Shown here one piece after another: positions 40,594 to 57,110 of a stretch of DNA of 64,000 nucleotides; the first letter of the stretch is position 1, and each line of letters starts with the position of its first letter. Made by a program: the position numbers and the translations under genes. The DNA lies in contig NC_087444.1 of the NCBI RefSeq assembly GCF_036321535.1, positions 75,082,001 through 75,146,000 of the forward strand, written 5' to 3'. The notes under the pieces are model-generated. The model saw only the letters and a list, made by a program, of their open reading frames with translations, did no database searches and was not told the DNA's origin. This DNA comes from Camelus dromedarius. Its lineage: Eukaryota.

Positions 40594-41219
40594 AATGTGT
40601 GCCCAAAAGAGCGCACTTGTCCTGAAGGATGGGAGAGGATCTCTTCTCTTTCTGGCAGTCTCAGGGTCCCTGTCCAGCCTCGTGTCCATCTCTGGCCCCA
40701 CCCAAGTGCAGGGTTCCTGATTGTCCTCAGCCTGACGCTCTTTGTAGTCAACTGCGAGACGCTGCAACCGAGGCCACAGGTATCCTACCTGATGACCACC
40801 TACCTGTGCTGGAGCGGCGGCGCCTTGATGCTGTGGGCCGGTGAGGGCGGGGCCTCGGGAGGAAGGGGTGGGGTCTCGGCAGGGCAGGGGGCGGAGCCCG
40901 GGGAGAACTCCAGGCGGCTGAGGGCCAGATGGGGCAGACCTGGGGGGAGATCCACCTCAGGGATGGGGCAGAGCCTAGGGCGGAACTCGGAGTCCAACGG
41001 CCCACCTAGTCCCCACCCCCAGGAGCACTGAGCTACTTGAACCACGTGGGCATGTGGGGCAGAGGGATGACCTCTATGGAGCGGCGGTTGAGCTATCGCC
41101 GGTGGGTCTCGCAGCAGAGCACCCAGAGGTCCACGCTCGAACAGCCGCGGTCAGACCAAGACTCCAAGTGCACCGAGGACGTGCCCCAGTTCACTTCCCT
41201 CCCCAAGACCCTCCCCTAA
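34622..41219 (+). CDS. Unnamed 287-aa claudin/PMP22-superfamily tetraspan protein (gene B; TMEM202/CLDND2/LIM2-like architecture)
   Basis: Exons 34622-34786, 34952-34976, 35398-35598, 40095-40241, 40712-40840 and 41023-41219 total 864 nt (288 codons), all GT-AG and in frame. GFWTDCRKHKC loop motif and four TM segments. The first two exons are less certain; an in-frame ATG at 35331 is an alternative start. Confidence 0.8.
36640..38980. mobile_element. Cluster of old MLT1 (J/K-like) LTR and L1 fragments in the long intron of gene B
   Basis: tgattggctgggtctggatcaggtgc, gaagccaattcagcttggtttaagc and tgattggttggttttgaccatgtgcccatc motifs; AT-rich L1-like stretch at 37500-38250. Boundaries are approximate. 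Confidence 0.5.
40510..40590. repeat. Interrupted (TG)n microsatellite
   Basis: About 40 TG units with one GA interruption. Confidence 0.97.
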
Positions 41220-41458
41220 GCCTCTCTAAACAATGGCACCCGAGCTTCTCAGGACACTGACACGTAACTGCGCCCAGGTGCCAGGCCAGCTCCTTTCATC
41301 TTGACCATACGCCTGAGATTAAGCTTCCCTGGAGGCCCCACTCCCTAGAAACCCTCCAAGAACAGGTAACAAAGTCCCGCCCCTCGAACTAGGGCCCACC
41401 CTCTGCGGCTCTTCCAGCCCAGAGTCCTGACCCTACACCCCTCTCCCTGGAAGTCCGA

Positions 41459-41476
41459 CAGCGCCCCCTCCTGTTC
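41459..41476 (-). promoter_or_regulatory. Candidate CTCF site between gene B and the KLK1 3' end
   Basis: The minus strand reads acaggagggggcgctg, close to the CTCF core, within a CpG/GC-box-rich patch. Confidence 0.45.
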
Positions 41477-41995
41477 TGCGCACTGCCTTTGCCGTGTGGC
41501 CAGTTTGTGTGGCCCCGCCCCCGAGCCTAGCTAGGCCCCGCCCCCAGTTGTCTAGCCCTTGCTGGCGACTGCCCGAAGCCTCATTCCATCGTCGGAATTC
41601 CTCCCCCTCCGACCACCAGCACCGACCCAGGATGTCCAGTCTTGCCCCCAGGCCAACAGGACACTGCCCAGCATTTGACGCAGCCCCACTCCTCGACGGA
41701 ACAGGCCCCTCCCCAGGGAGGCGTGGCTTGCAATGACATTTCCCGCCTTCCTCGCCATCATAAAATATGGGCCCAACCTCGCAAGAGTCTGACTCTCCGT
41801 TTTGTGCCCTCCCCCAGGGCAGGCTCAGAGTCCTTGCCTTGCCCCTTGGGGTCTGAGCCTTTCTGAGCGCTAGTCTGGGCTGGGTGGGCCCTGAGTGCAG
41901 GCACCCAGCTTTTGGAAGGCCAGATGACACCAGAAATGGATGCGAATTCGATGCGTATTCGATTTTACTGGGAGTAAGGGACAGGACAGGGGCAT

Positions 41996-44900
41996 TCAGG
42001 GGTTGTCAGCCATTGTCTGCTTGATCCACTCCACATGTGAAATCACTTTGGTGTAGACGGCGGGCTTATTGGGGCTACCACACGGGATATGGCCCCATGA
42101 CGTGATTCCTTGCAACATACCCTCGCAGATCAGCGGGCCCCCCGAGTCACCCTACAGTGCAAGGGGGAGAGGGAGAGCATGAGAGGGGTTAGCAAAGCCT
42201 CGGGGTTCCGCCTGGGGAGCTCCAGCACTCAGACCTGGGTGCCCAGATCGGAGCAGCAACTCCCCAACTCTGGGGAAAGAGACAGTTGTCTCCATAGTCC
42301 ACTCCGAGAGGAACGTCAGTGGGGATTCCAACAGAGGGGACAGTGGCTTCAGTCCTGCCAATGGGGATGAGACTTCAGGGTCCAGTTTCTGCCCAGAGGG
42401 GCAGGATCCAGGAGGGGGATGGTCTCTGCAGACAGGTCAGTGGGGAGGAGGAGGTGGGACCCATGTATAGGAGCCTCCCACCCTCAGGGCTCATCTCAGA
42501 TGTCACATCTCCCAAGAAGCTTTCTCTTGACTGGACAGTACGTATGTGTCAGAGGTGGGGATGGGTGAACTATGATGTGGAGGAGAGACAGACGTGATAC
42601 TTGGATGGGAGTGCAGGAAGCAAAGGGGGCAGGGAAGAGGGAGCCACAGCTGGAAAGCAGCAGAGACAGATGCCTGCATAGCTGACCCTCAGTCCAGTAT
42701 CTGAGTCCCCTCCCCAGCACCTCAAAGCCCCAGGGGTCAGGCTGGCTCACCACGCAGGTGTCCTTGCCGCCCTCCAGGTCTCCAGCACACAGCATGAACT
42801 CTGTCACCTTCTCAGGGTGGGCATTGGCACATACCTCATTGGGCAGGAGAGTGAGGTCCACACACTGGAGATCATCTGGGTATGTGACTACGGGGCAGGG
42901 AGAAACATGGCTGTGGTCAGACCCCACCTCCTCAGCCCTCCTTCCTCAGACTCCGGAGCCCAGGTTCCTAGCCCTCTCCTCCCTCACTCCCATGTGTCCC
43001 GGCCCCAGGCTGCGCAGTCTGGCCCCAGCTTACACTTATCTGGTTCAGTGCTGCCCCAGCCGGAGGCATAGCAGGTGCTATCCAGTTGGGGTTCCTGGGT
43101 GGGCAGCTCCAGGACCTGCACAGCCTCTGTGATCTGGACGGGCTCCTCCAGGCGGAGCAGCATGAGATCGTGGCTGTAGTCCTTTCCGGGGAGGTTAGTG
43201 TGGTTCTTCAGGAGGCTCAGGTTGAACTCAGGGTGTGGGAAGACGTTGCTGACAAGGGCAAACTGGGCTGTGTCTTCGTCCTCAAACAGGTTGTGGCGAC
43301 CCAGCCAGATCTGGTAATTGCTGGGGAAGGAGAGGATGGAGACAGTGAGCATGACGGAGGAGGGGGCAAGGGAGATGGGGCAGGGGAGCATGAGGAAGGG
43401 TCCAAAGTGAGAAAGAGAAACAGAGACAGAAAGAAAGATATAGAGTCACAGAAAAAATTCAGCGAGTCAGAAAATAAAAGAATGTGACAATGTCACAGAG
43501 ACAGAGACAGAAATGGAGTAAAATAGAGCTGAGAACAGTAGAGGGAGTGGGAAAGGTGGAGGGGAGCCGGTGAGATAGAGGGAGCACACGGGAGACAGGA
43601 TGAGGAAGAGACAGAGACAGTGAGAAATAGACAAAGGGAAGCAGAGGGAGGGAAAAGACAGACGAGGAAGGACAGTGAGAAATGGACCAAGTGACGAAGG
43701 GAGAAGGGAGTAAGAAGAGAGAATGAGAAATCAGGCAGAGGTAGCGAGGGGGGTGACAGGGGGTGAGAGAGAAGAGGGAGGAGGACGGGGGAGGGGGGCA
43801 GTGGGGGAGCCTGGGACCAGCTCAGCTGCAGCTGAGGCTGTGGGGCTGGTTCCACAGCAGGCGGGTGGCTTGGCCCCTAGCCCAAGGTCAGCGTCCCCTT
43901 CCTGCCCCAGCTCCCTCTCCCCTTTTCTCCTTCCTCCTTCTTTCCATTGCCCCCGCCCAGCTCCAGCTGACACCAGCCCTTCCCTGGGTCCCTCTTGAGT
44001 GGATGATTGTCCTGGAGGGAGGGGATGGACAGTGTGAGAGCCCCTCCCCATACACACTCCTTGGGGATAACCTCTTCCTTTTCTCTGGATGGGGGAGAGT
44101 GATGAGGGAGAGGGAATGAGAAAGAGAACCAGAGAGAGAGAGATGGGGCAGAGAGATAGAAGGTGAGACACAGGTGACAGAGGTGGACAGAGATGGGGAG
44201 AGATACAGAGACATGGAGACAGAAGAGAGAAAGAGAAATCACAGTCACACAGAGAGACACAGAGCCAGTCACTGAGAGACACAGAGACACAGGGCACAGG
44301 GAGACCCAGAAAGACAGACAATTATGCCGACAGACCCAAGAGACCCAGGCCCTCATGGAGAGGGCTTCCCTGGGGTCATACAGTCCCAGCCCTGCCTCTC
44401 TCCTTGTAACCCTGGACCACAACCCTCCCTCTCTTCATCAGGTCCGGCAGTCTCCCCTAAGGCTATCTGAGGGAATGGTGCTGGCGGCTTAACCTGTGTG
44501 CTCACAGACACCCCCTCTCCAGACGCCCGCCCCTACTCACTCGTTTATGCAGTGAGCAGCTGTGAGCACCCACTGGGGGTCCACCAGGACGCCCCCACAC
44601 TGGAACTTGCTGAAATAGTACAGAGCCGCCTGCCAGGGTTGGGAATGCTTCTCACACTCCCAGCCTCCTATGATCCGGGACTGGATTTGGGGCACAGCAC
44701 CTGTGGAGTGGGTGCTGGGTCAGGTTGCGTGGAGGTTGGCAGTGGGGCTGAGGGACTGGGGTAGGAGAGGGAGCTGAGCTCTGGGACTGGAGGGCCATGG
44801 GGACACAGGACCAGAGCCGGGGGTCTGAGGACATGGGCAAGGGGTATTGGGAAGAGCTTAGAATTCTGCAGCCATCCCTGGGAGTGTGGGCGGGTGGCTG

Positions 44901-46493
44901 GTCCTGGGTGTGGGGACTGTACGCTGAGAGCAGAGCCGACCCCAGGGATGGGGGCAGCAAGGAAGCACCTGGTATAAACGTCGGGTGATTTGGGTTCTTG
45001 GACTGGGGGACAGGAGGCTATGGGTTCTGAGGAGAAACCAAGGATAAAGGCCCCCAGAGATGGGCTCAGAGGCTGGGCGGGGAAGGATTTGTAGGATTAA
45101 GGGGCTCTCAGGCTGAGGAAATGGTTAGAGCTTGGGTTGGGCTTTTGGGTTCTGGAAGGGACACAGATCTGGGGAATTGGGTGAGAGAAACCAAGAAGAG
45201 CATTTGGGGGGATTTGGGGTTCTTGGAATGGGACTGGGAGAGTTGGGAGAATTGGGGGTTCCAGGTCAAAGAGTGAATGAAAAGATTAGACTGGGAAGGG
45301 GTCCTGTGATCCAGGAATGACATTCTAAGAGGAGTGAGGGTCCTGGGACTGGGTGGGGGTCAGACTGGAACAGACCTCAGAAGGAGGGAGAGTGGAATGA
45401 TTGCCATTCCGGGATCAGGTGATTCTCATGGGGATGGGGTCCAAGGTCTGAGTCTCCAGGAAGGATCTGGGGTTCCCTGGGAGCAGGGCCAGGACAAGAA
45501 TGGAGGAGGGGCCAAGCAGCTGTGAGAACATAGAGAGAACTCACCTGATGTGGGATTTTTAGAATCACATGTTTTAGAATCACAAATCACATGGGATAAG
45601 GGCAGGACAGCAGGGCTGGGAAGGTATTTGTTGGAATCCTGATGGGGGCGGATTCCCAGAAAGCCAGAGCTGTGTGGGAGGGATTCAGTTGGAGAAGGGC
45701 TGGAGTCTGGGGAAAGATGGAAATTCTGCAAGGAAAGGAGCATGTGGTTTTGGGTTCTGGGTGCTTTCCCTGGGGGGATAAGGCTGAAGGTATGGAATGG
45801 GGCTTCAAGGACAAATAGGGAAGGAAGAGACATTCATAGAACCCCCATACCAGGATGAGGGGGCCACCTGATCACAGACCAGAAACTGTTTTTGAAGAAG
45901 CACTGGTATCTGGTGGAATTGGGGGGTCCAGGGAGGATTGATGGGGACCAGATGCTAGGGCTGGGGGACCTAGTTGAGAGTTGATAGCTGGATGGGGAAA
46001 ATCACCAGGGTGTGGCAGGATTTGGGGACCCAAGAGCCACACCATTGGGCCATAGAGACCTAGGGCAGAGGAGGAGGGTGGTCAGGGTCCCAGAGGCTGG
46101 TGGGGTTGGGGGTGGTCTCTTGGACGAGAGAGACAGATGGCTCAGGATCTGCCCCTTTGGTAAAGTGGATGGGCACAGGGATCTGAGTGGGGAAGAGAAA
46201 ATTCTGATTGTTCCTGGGAAGGAGCAGGGACCCAGTATGAGAGCAGGACTGCGAGTAAGGTGACAACAAGGAGAGGCCGGGTTGGACTTTAGGGTGGGGC
46301 CGGGAGAGATAAGAAAGAGCCCCATATCCTGGTCTGGGCTGGGCTGTGGGTTGGAGGGGTGCAGGCTGGGGTTCCAGGTGGGAGGGACGAGAGCAGCGTA
46401 AGAATCGGGCCCAACCCCCCGCTTCCACATCTTCCCCACTGTCTCACCAGTCCCTGCCAGGGACAGGGCAAGGCACAGAATCAGGAACCACAT
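41996..46493 (-). CDS. KLK1: Tissue kallikrein 1, intact (261 aa)
   Basis: Exons 46448-46493, 44541-44700, 43034-43320, 42751-42887 and 41996-42151. IIGG mature N-terminus, TAAHC / SHDLML / GDSGGP triad, kallikrein loop, Asp S1 pocket, TTTAAA TATA variant near 46560, AGTAAA polyA signal at 41964-41969. Confidence 0.95.
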
Positions 46494-48229
46494 GGTGACA
46501 GCGGTGTCCAGGCGCAGACAGGCGGTGAGCTTGGAGCTGGGGAACCTCCCTGGGGAGCTTTTTAAAGCCCTCATCCCCCCAGGGTCCCTCCCCTGCCCTG
46601 CTGGCACCCAGAGGCTGGCCAAGGCCCTGCCCCTGTTTCCTGGGGGCTGGGCAACCCCCTCCCACCTGCAGAGCCTTGGAAAGGGCGGGAGAGTGAGCAG
46701 CTGTTGTTCTGCAAGCCCTCAGTCACACTGGAAGCCTTCCTGGGGCCTGAAGCCAGACAGGGCAGGGCCTGGAGCTCCTGGGGCCTTGCTCTTAGGGACA
46801 GAGCCAGTGAAAGGAGGTGGAGGTGGGGTGAATGGAAGCAGAAACAGGAAAACAGGATGGTGGAGGAACTGCTGACCTCTGATCCAAAGCCCCATGTACC
46901 TAAACCCCAAGTAAGGCTATGCACCCAAGACCCAGTGTACCTTCAAATACCAGTGGGGCTCTGATTCCTTTCTCTCTACACCAATTGGAACCAAGATGTC
47001 AACTTCTCAGCTTCCAGCGCCCCCTGAAATCTAAGCCTTGGCTTTCAGAATGCTGATTGGTGCACTCCCAGACTCAGGATCTGGGTCTCCAAATCCATTG
47101 TTCCTTTCACAGTAAAATCTTAGGTCCCCCTCACTAAATCCTAGCGCCCCCAGATGCAGGAATATGAAGTTTAAATGGACGTCAGAGTACATTCCTTAGC
47201 ATTTCAAAATCCAATGTCCCCCCAGACAATGTTGGGGTCCCCTTACCCACCCCCTCGTTCTCCAAATCTGGATACTCAAGGTTATAGCCTCCAAAGTCCC
47301 AGAGATCCTGGGCTACTGGCCCTTCATGGTCATGAAATCCTCTCTACAAATTCCAATCCACCCTACCCCCCTAAAATATTTAGATCTCAGGAGCTAGGTT
47401 CATGTACTTCAACACTCAGTGACCTTGAAAGTCATGTTTTTGGGGGTCTCTGAAGAGAATCAGGAACTAGATTCCTGCAGCCTCAATGTTAAACCCATAG
47501 GCTTCCAACACATTCTCTGGCTCTTAGTAAAATCAAAGCAGCTCAGAGTGTCCCAACCTCTGCTGTGTTTCAGGAACTTGACTAAGGAAAGGAGAGTTTT
47601 TGCCTTTTGCCACAGTTACCAGGAAGCCCAGAACTTGTAGATTAAGAACATGGAGTCACCCTTGATCACCTAGTGTGTGCTGCATCCTTTCACTGGAGGT
47701 CAGAGAGTACTTTTCCCAGGGCCACGCACTTTTCAAATCAGTTCGTTGTGCATCATCTCATTTAATCATCCCCACAGCCCTATGAGGTAAGCAATATGAG
47801 ATGGGGAAACCCAGGCTGATTGAGGTTGGGTCTTTTGTTCAAGATCCTAGGCCCTAGGTGTTGGTCCGAGTGTTGAGTGAACAGAGCCCTGCTTCAAGTC
47901 ATTTCTTCTCACCTAGGGATCAGAGGAGTGGGTGAAAAAGGACAGTGTACAGAGGCTCTGGGTTCCCCACCCAGTCTCTGGCTCCCATTTCCCTTCAATC
48001 CTGAAAGTCACAGAAACTCCTACAGAGAAATTTGCATCAGTGCTCTCTGTTATCTTGGTATCAAACAGGTGACCTTGAGCACCAGCTCTGGTCTCAGATG
48101 GGCAGGTCCTTGGCTAACCTCTGGGCCTTGGAGAGGCTATTGGCAGGTGGCCCAGTTCTGTCCCAGGTCAGGTTGGGACTGCTGGCCAGCCATGTGGGCT
48201 TCTGAGACTCAGGCAGTATGTCAGAATAG

Positions 48230-52849
<4,620 letters not shown>

Positions 52850-54439
52850 TGTGAAGAGGGACCAGGGCTCTGCTGAAGTCTAGGGAGGGGAGAGAGTGAA
52901 CTGGTGTGAGGATGGACCCTCCTGCCCCTTCCTGGATCCCTTCAGACACAAACTCATCCCACCTGCTCTTAAAGTTTTCACCATCCTTGTTCCCCACGCC
53001 AACCTGCTCTTCCTCTTGGGTTCCCCATCCCCCAAGGGTCTGCTGTTCCTCCAGGCACTGGGACAGACTCTCAGGTGCCACCACAGCCTGCTGGACCCCA
53101 ACATCATCCACTTGCCCCAAGGCTTTAACTCAGGACACATTCTTTCCCCACACCCTATCCCAGCCTCCAATCTGGCCTCTTGGGTCCTCCTCACTAAGTC
53201 CGTCCCTCCACTCCAGTCCCTGCCACCCCCTACACCACCCTGCCCCACTTCATGGCCCCACAGGGTCTTTCTACACCTGGACTTGACCAGATCCCTTTCC
53301 CGCTCACAGCCCTGGAAGATCTCCAGCACCCCCAGGATAAAGTCCCAGCCCCCCTCAAGCCTCATTTTCGAGGACATGAGTGGCTTCTCCCTTTCCAGTC
53401 CCTCTGGCTGGATCTCTCATGACATTGCCCTTTCTAGACATGACCAATTCTTCTATTTTCCTTTCCCACAGTTTCATGCTTCCACGTTTTTGCTCAGGCT
53501 GTTCCTCCTCCTTCAAGGTCCACTTCTTCCTTGAGGCCTTTTCTGACCTCCCCAGGTCAGTGACCAGTGTAGGGTTCTGTCCTTGGCAAGCTTTAGGAAT
53601 GAGTTAAAGTCCTTCTTCCCCATATCTTCCAAATACCTATTTGTCCTCTGAGGCCAGCCCCAACCTGGTCTGGGAGACCCTGATACAATCAGGTCAGGTC
53701 CTCTCTCTGTCTCAACTGCTGCCCAGCCAGGGCACACAGGCGACCTCGGGGAGGCTGTGCTGAGCTGACCTGCACCCATGATAACTCCTGACCTCATTCT
53801 TGGCTCTGGTACAAGTGCTTTCGAAGACGTCCTCCTGATTCACTCTATCCCCTCCCCACCTCCAAACTACAACTCCTTCTTGCATCCCCAAGACATTTTC
53901 TTGGTTCAAGTTCAACTTGGGGCTGCAGTAAAGGCCACGTGGACCTACACAGGTGCCCTTGACAGTCAGCTCCCTCAGGGAGATCCATGTCTGCTTCCTG
54001 GAACCAGTGCATCCCATGTCTCCCCTAGACTAGGGCAGACCTGTGTCTCTCCTCACTCCTACCCACTATCCCCCGCCCCGCACCTCCCCATCTCAAATAT
54101 CTCACCCCCTCCAGATCCTCCAGCAGCATCTGGGGAAGCTTGGATGCCAGAAGAAAGGGAGCAGGCAGCTGAATGCCTGAATTTATAAGCTCCCAACCCC
54201 ACCCGGGTTTTGGGTGATGGGGGTAGGGTGGGGTGGGAGGTGGCTGAGAGTTGGGTTTACAGGGACGCCTAGGTAGCTAGTAGGGTGGGGGACAAGGCCT
54301 AATGAGCATTTATTAGGCTGAAGCTTTTGTCTGAGTCTACAAGGAGGAATTTTCCTACCAGGGGCAGTTCATTAAGGGGGAGGAGGCAGTAGCGCAAGAG
54401 CAGGAAATTGGAGATCAAAATACAGAGCCAGGAGTCTGC

Positions 54440-55310
54440 AGCGTGTAACCTAGATTTTTGGGTCTGGAGTACAGAAACTGGATTCTAGAGTCATCATTCT
54501 TGTGCCTGGAGTAGGATTCTGAAACTTGGATTCTGGATCTGAACCTGGATTCTTCAATTCTGGATCTCTGATTCTGGTTTCTGGACAGTGGAGTCTGGAT
54601 CTGGATACCCAGTTCTGGATCTTGGAGTCTGGACCTCCCAATTTTGGATTCTGGATCTTGGATTCTTGATCTTGATTGCTGGTTCTGAGTTCTGGATCCA
54701 GATCTCTGGTTCTGGATATTGGGCTCTGCACTGTTGATTCTGGATCTCCAATTCTGATGAGTTTGGGGGTCTAGAATTGGGCACACATAATCTGAAGTGT
54801 AGAGTGTGGATTTTGGAATCTGACTTCTGGAGTTTAGGTCTGGAATTTGGATCCTGGAGTCTAGCCTTTGAGTGACAGGTCTTAGGCTTTGATTCTAGAT
54901 TCAGGGCCTCTAAATTTAGAGTCCAGACTAAGAATCTGGAGTCTGGTGTCTGAAATCTAGGACTTGAAGTCCTGGGGCCTGGAATATGGATGATAGATTA
55001 TGGATTTTAAGTTTTGGAACCTGGATTCTAGAGTCTGGGTCTAGACCCTGAGGTTTTATGGATTGACTTTAGAATGTGAAGTCTGGAGTTTCAAATCTGC
55101 ATTGTGCATTTAACAGACTAGACTGGGAGATAGGGGCCTGGCTTCTATGATTCTGAGATTCCTAAAATCTTGCTCTGGAGTACGACTTTAGAGACTGGGA
55201 GACTAGAGTCTTTATTCTGGATCTTGCAGTCTTGATTCTGCATCCTGAGGCTTGAAATCTGGATTCTGTTTTCTGGAGACTGGAGATCATCACTAAGATG
55301 ACCCAAAGCT
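54440..55310. repeat. Degenerate heptamer array (tggattc / tggatct / tggagtc) upstream of KLK15
   Basis: About 7-nt periodicity over roughly 870 bp, most regular at 54520-54760. Confidence 0.85.
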
Positions 55311-56079
55311 CTGGGAATTTAAATTTGTTTTTCAGTGTCTCAGGACCATATAGGGCCCTGAGATGTTGTCACTTGTTTAACTAATGAGGAAGCACAGGGA
55401 GCAGGAGGTACTGATCTCAGATCACCCAGTTAAAGATGGGACCTATTACAAGCATGATCCCTCTCTGTTTTGGAAAATCCATTGCCTCTATAGGAAGGGG
55501 CTGCATGATTGGGGCTGACTGTTTAGGACATCAGTGGCCAATGCCTAGGAGTGGCCTGGGTTCGAATCCTTCCTCCAACACATAATGTGTGTCTTTAGGC
55601 AAGTCACTTGACCTTTCTGTGCCTCAGTTTCCTCATCTGTAGAATGAGAATAATAATTGCTTCTGCCTCGTAGGAGTGTTTTGAAGCATTTGTGCCTGAA
55701 ATCCGTGCTGAGTAATCCAAGGCCATCATCAGCTCTGTTTTCCCCAGAACAGAGTCCTGGGGAGGGGTGATTGTAGGGTCTTTCACAGAGGACACAGTTG
55801 GGCAGAGGCAGATCAGGACTTGAAGAAGTGCAGAAGCGAAGGTTCTCCATCTCTGTTTTGGCACCTTTCTCTGAAACCCCTTTATCAAGACCTCCGTTTT
55901 ACAAATGAGGAAACTTGAGACCCAGGAAAAGGAAACATGTGTGAGACGCCAGCTTGAGAATGTGTCACTGAGCAGGGGGAAGACCCCACGTGCAGCCTGG
56001 TTTTTCTCTGAGACTTTATTTTTTGTGCTGTGCTGGGAACAGGAGGGAACCTCTTTTCTTCTTGTCCTGGGAGAGTCTT

Positions 56080-56096
56080 GCCGCTAGGTGGCGCCA
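56080..56096 (+). promoter_or_regulatory. Candidate CTCF site
   Basis: gccgctaggtggcgcca matches the CCGCTAGGTGGCGC consensus form. Confidence 0.55.
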
Positions 56097-56284
56097 ATGT
56101 GCGTTTGTTTGTCGGACGTTGCTTCTGGGTCTGAGGAGGACGGGGTGGGGGCGGGGACTCTTGGGTCTGAGGGAGCAAGCTTTGAGGGAAGGACTTCTCT
56201 GGAATTCTGACTGAGGAAGAAGGTGGATCTTGATGGCAGCAGGGAGGGAAGAGGATGGAGACACCTTGGTCCTCGGATTTGTCC

Positions 56285-57110
56285 TTAATTGGTGTGCAGG
56301 AGTTTTTGGAACCAGTCAGTGAAAGGTCTCAGGTTTGTGCAGATTTTTGGCTCGTGGGGTTTCCCACAGCGAGGCTCTCCCATTGACACAAGGCCCTGCT
56401 GGTATCCCTTGCATCTTAGACTAAAGGGCAGGCCAGCTCCTTGGCAACCGCATCCGCATCTCCATCCCCATTGCCAACCCAGCCTCACCATCAATCCCAA
56501 ACTCACCTCCAATTACATCCCCATCCTTTACTCCGAGGACGAGGAATCAGGGCTCAAAGACAGCTGGCCTGATCTCACTCACTCACTGCCTGAGAGGCTG
56601 AGCTGGGATTCGGACCCAGGGCTGAATGAGTCTCCATCATAGGAGACTCTACCCTCTGCCCTAGTCTTTAGGACCTCTTGTCTGGATTCAAATGATTCCC
56701 TCCATGACCAGATCTCTATGGCTGGGTCACGTGCCCCCTCCTGAGTAGAAATTTAACTTCTTAATTCTACAGCCCCAGCCTGGACCTGCTCACGGAACAA
56801 TCAGCAAAAGCCACGCCCCCGTCCAGCTCCGCCCACGGAGCTGAGGCTACGCCCCAGTCTGCTCCGACTCACAGAGCCGAGGCCACGCCCCCTGTCCAGC
56901 CCTGCTCAAGGATCCGAGGCCACGCCCCCAGCCCTGGCTGTGCGCAGCTCATACCGTGAGCTCAAGCTCTTAGGGTGCAGGGCTCACTGCTTCTAGCATT
57001 ACCCCGAAGTGAGCACGCAGGGAAAAGGTCAGTTCTGAGATTAGAATGACCCACCGCTGCAGGTGGGGAACGGAATAGAGGAGGAAACCGAGGGTCATAA
57101 TCTTCACTTG
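56285..57110 (-). pseudogene. Degenerate kallikrein relic (KLK4/KLK5-like terminal exon plus tentative exon-2 remnant) between KLK15 and KLK4
   Basis: 56285-56413 reads CKGYQQGLVSMGEPRCGKPHEPKICTNLRPFTDWFQKLLHTN*, 22/42 identical and gap-free against the last exon of KLK4 in this window, but lacks GDSGGP. AATAAA (-) at 56015-56020. A tentative exon-2 remnant GTGCTCACT..TGC TAG AAG CA|gtgagc ends at 56988. Confidence 0.7.

Noticed and set aside
54415-54786. Three overlapping minus-strand SRIQ-rich ORFs
   Set aside because: They are products of the heptamer repeat, with no splice or start support.
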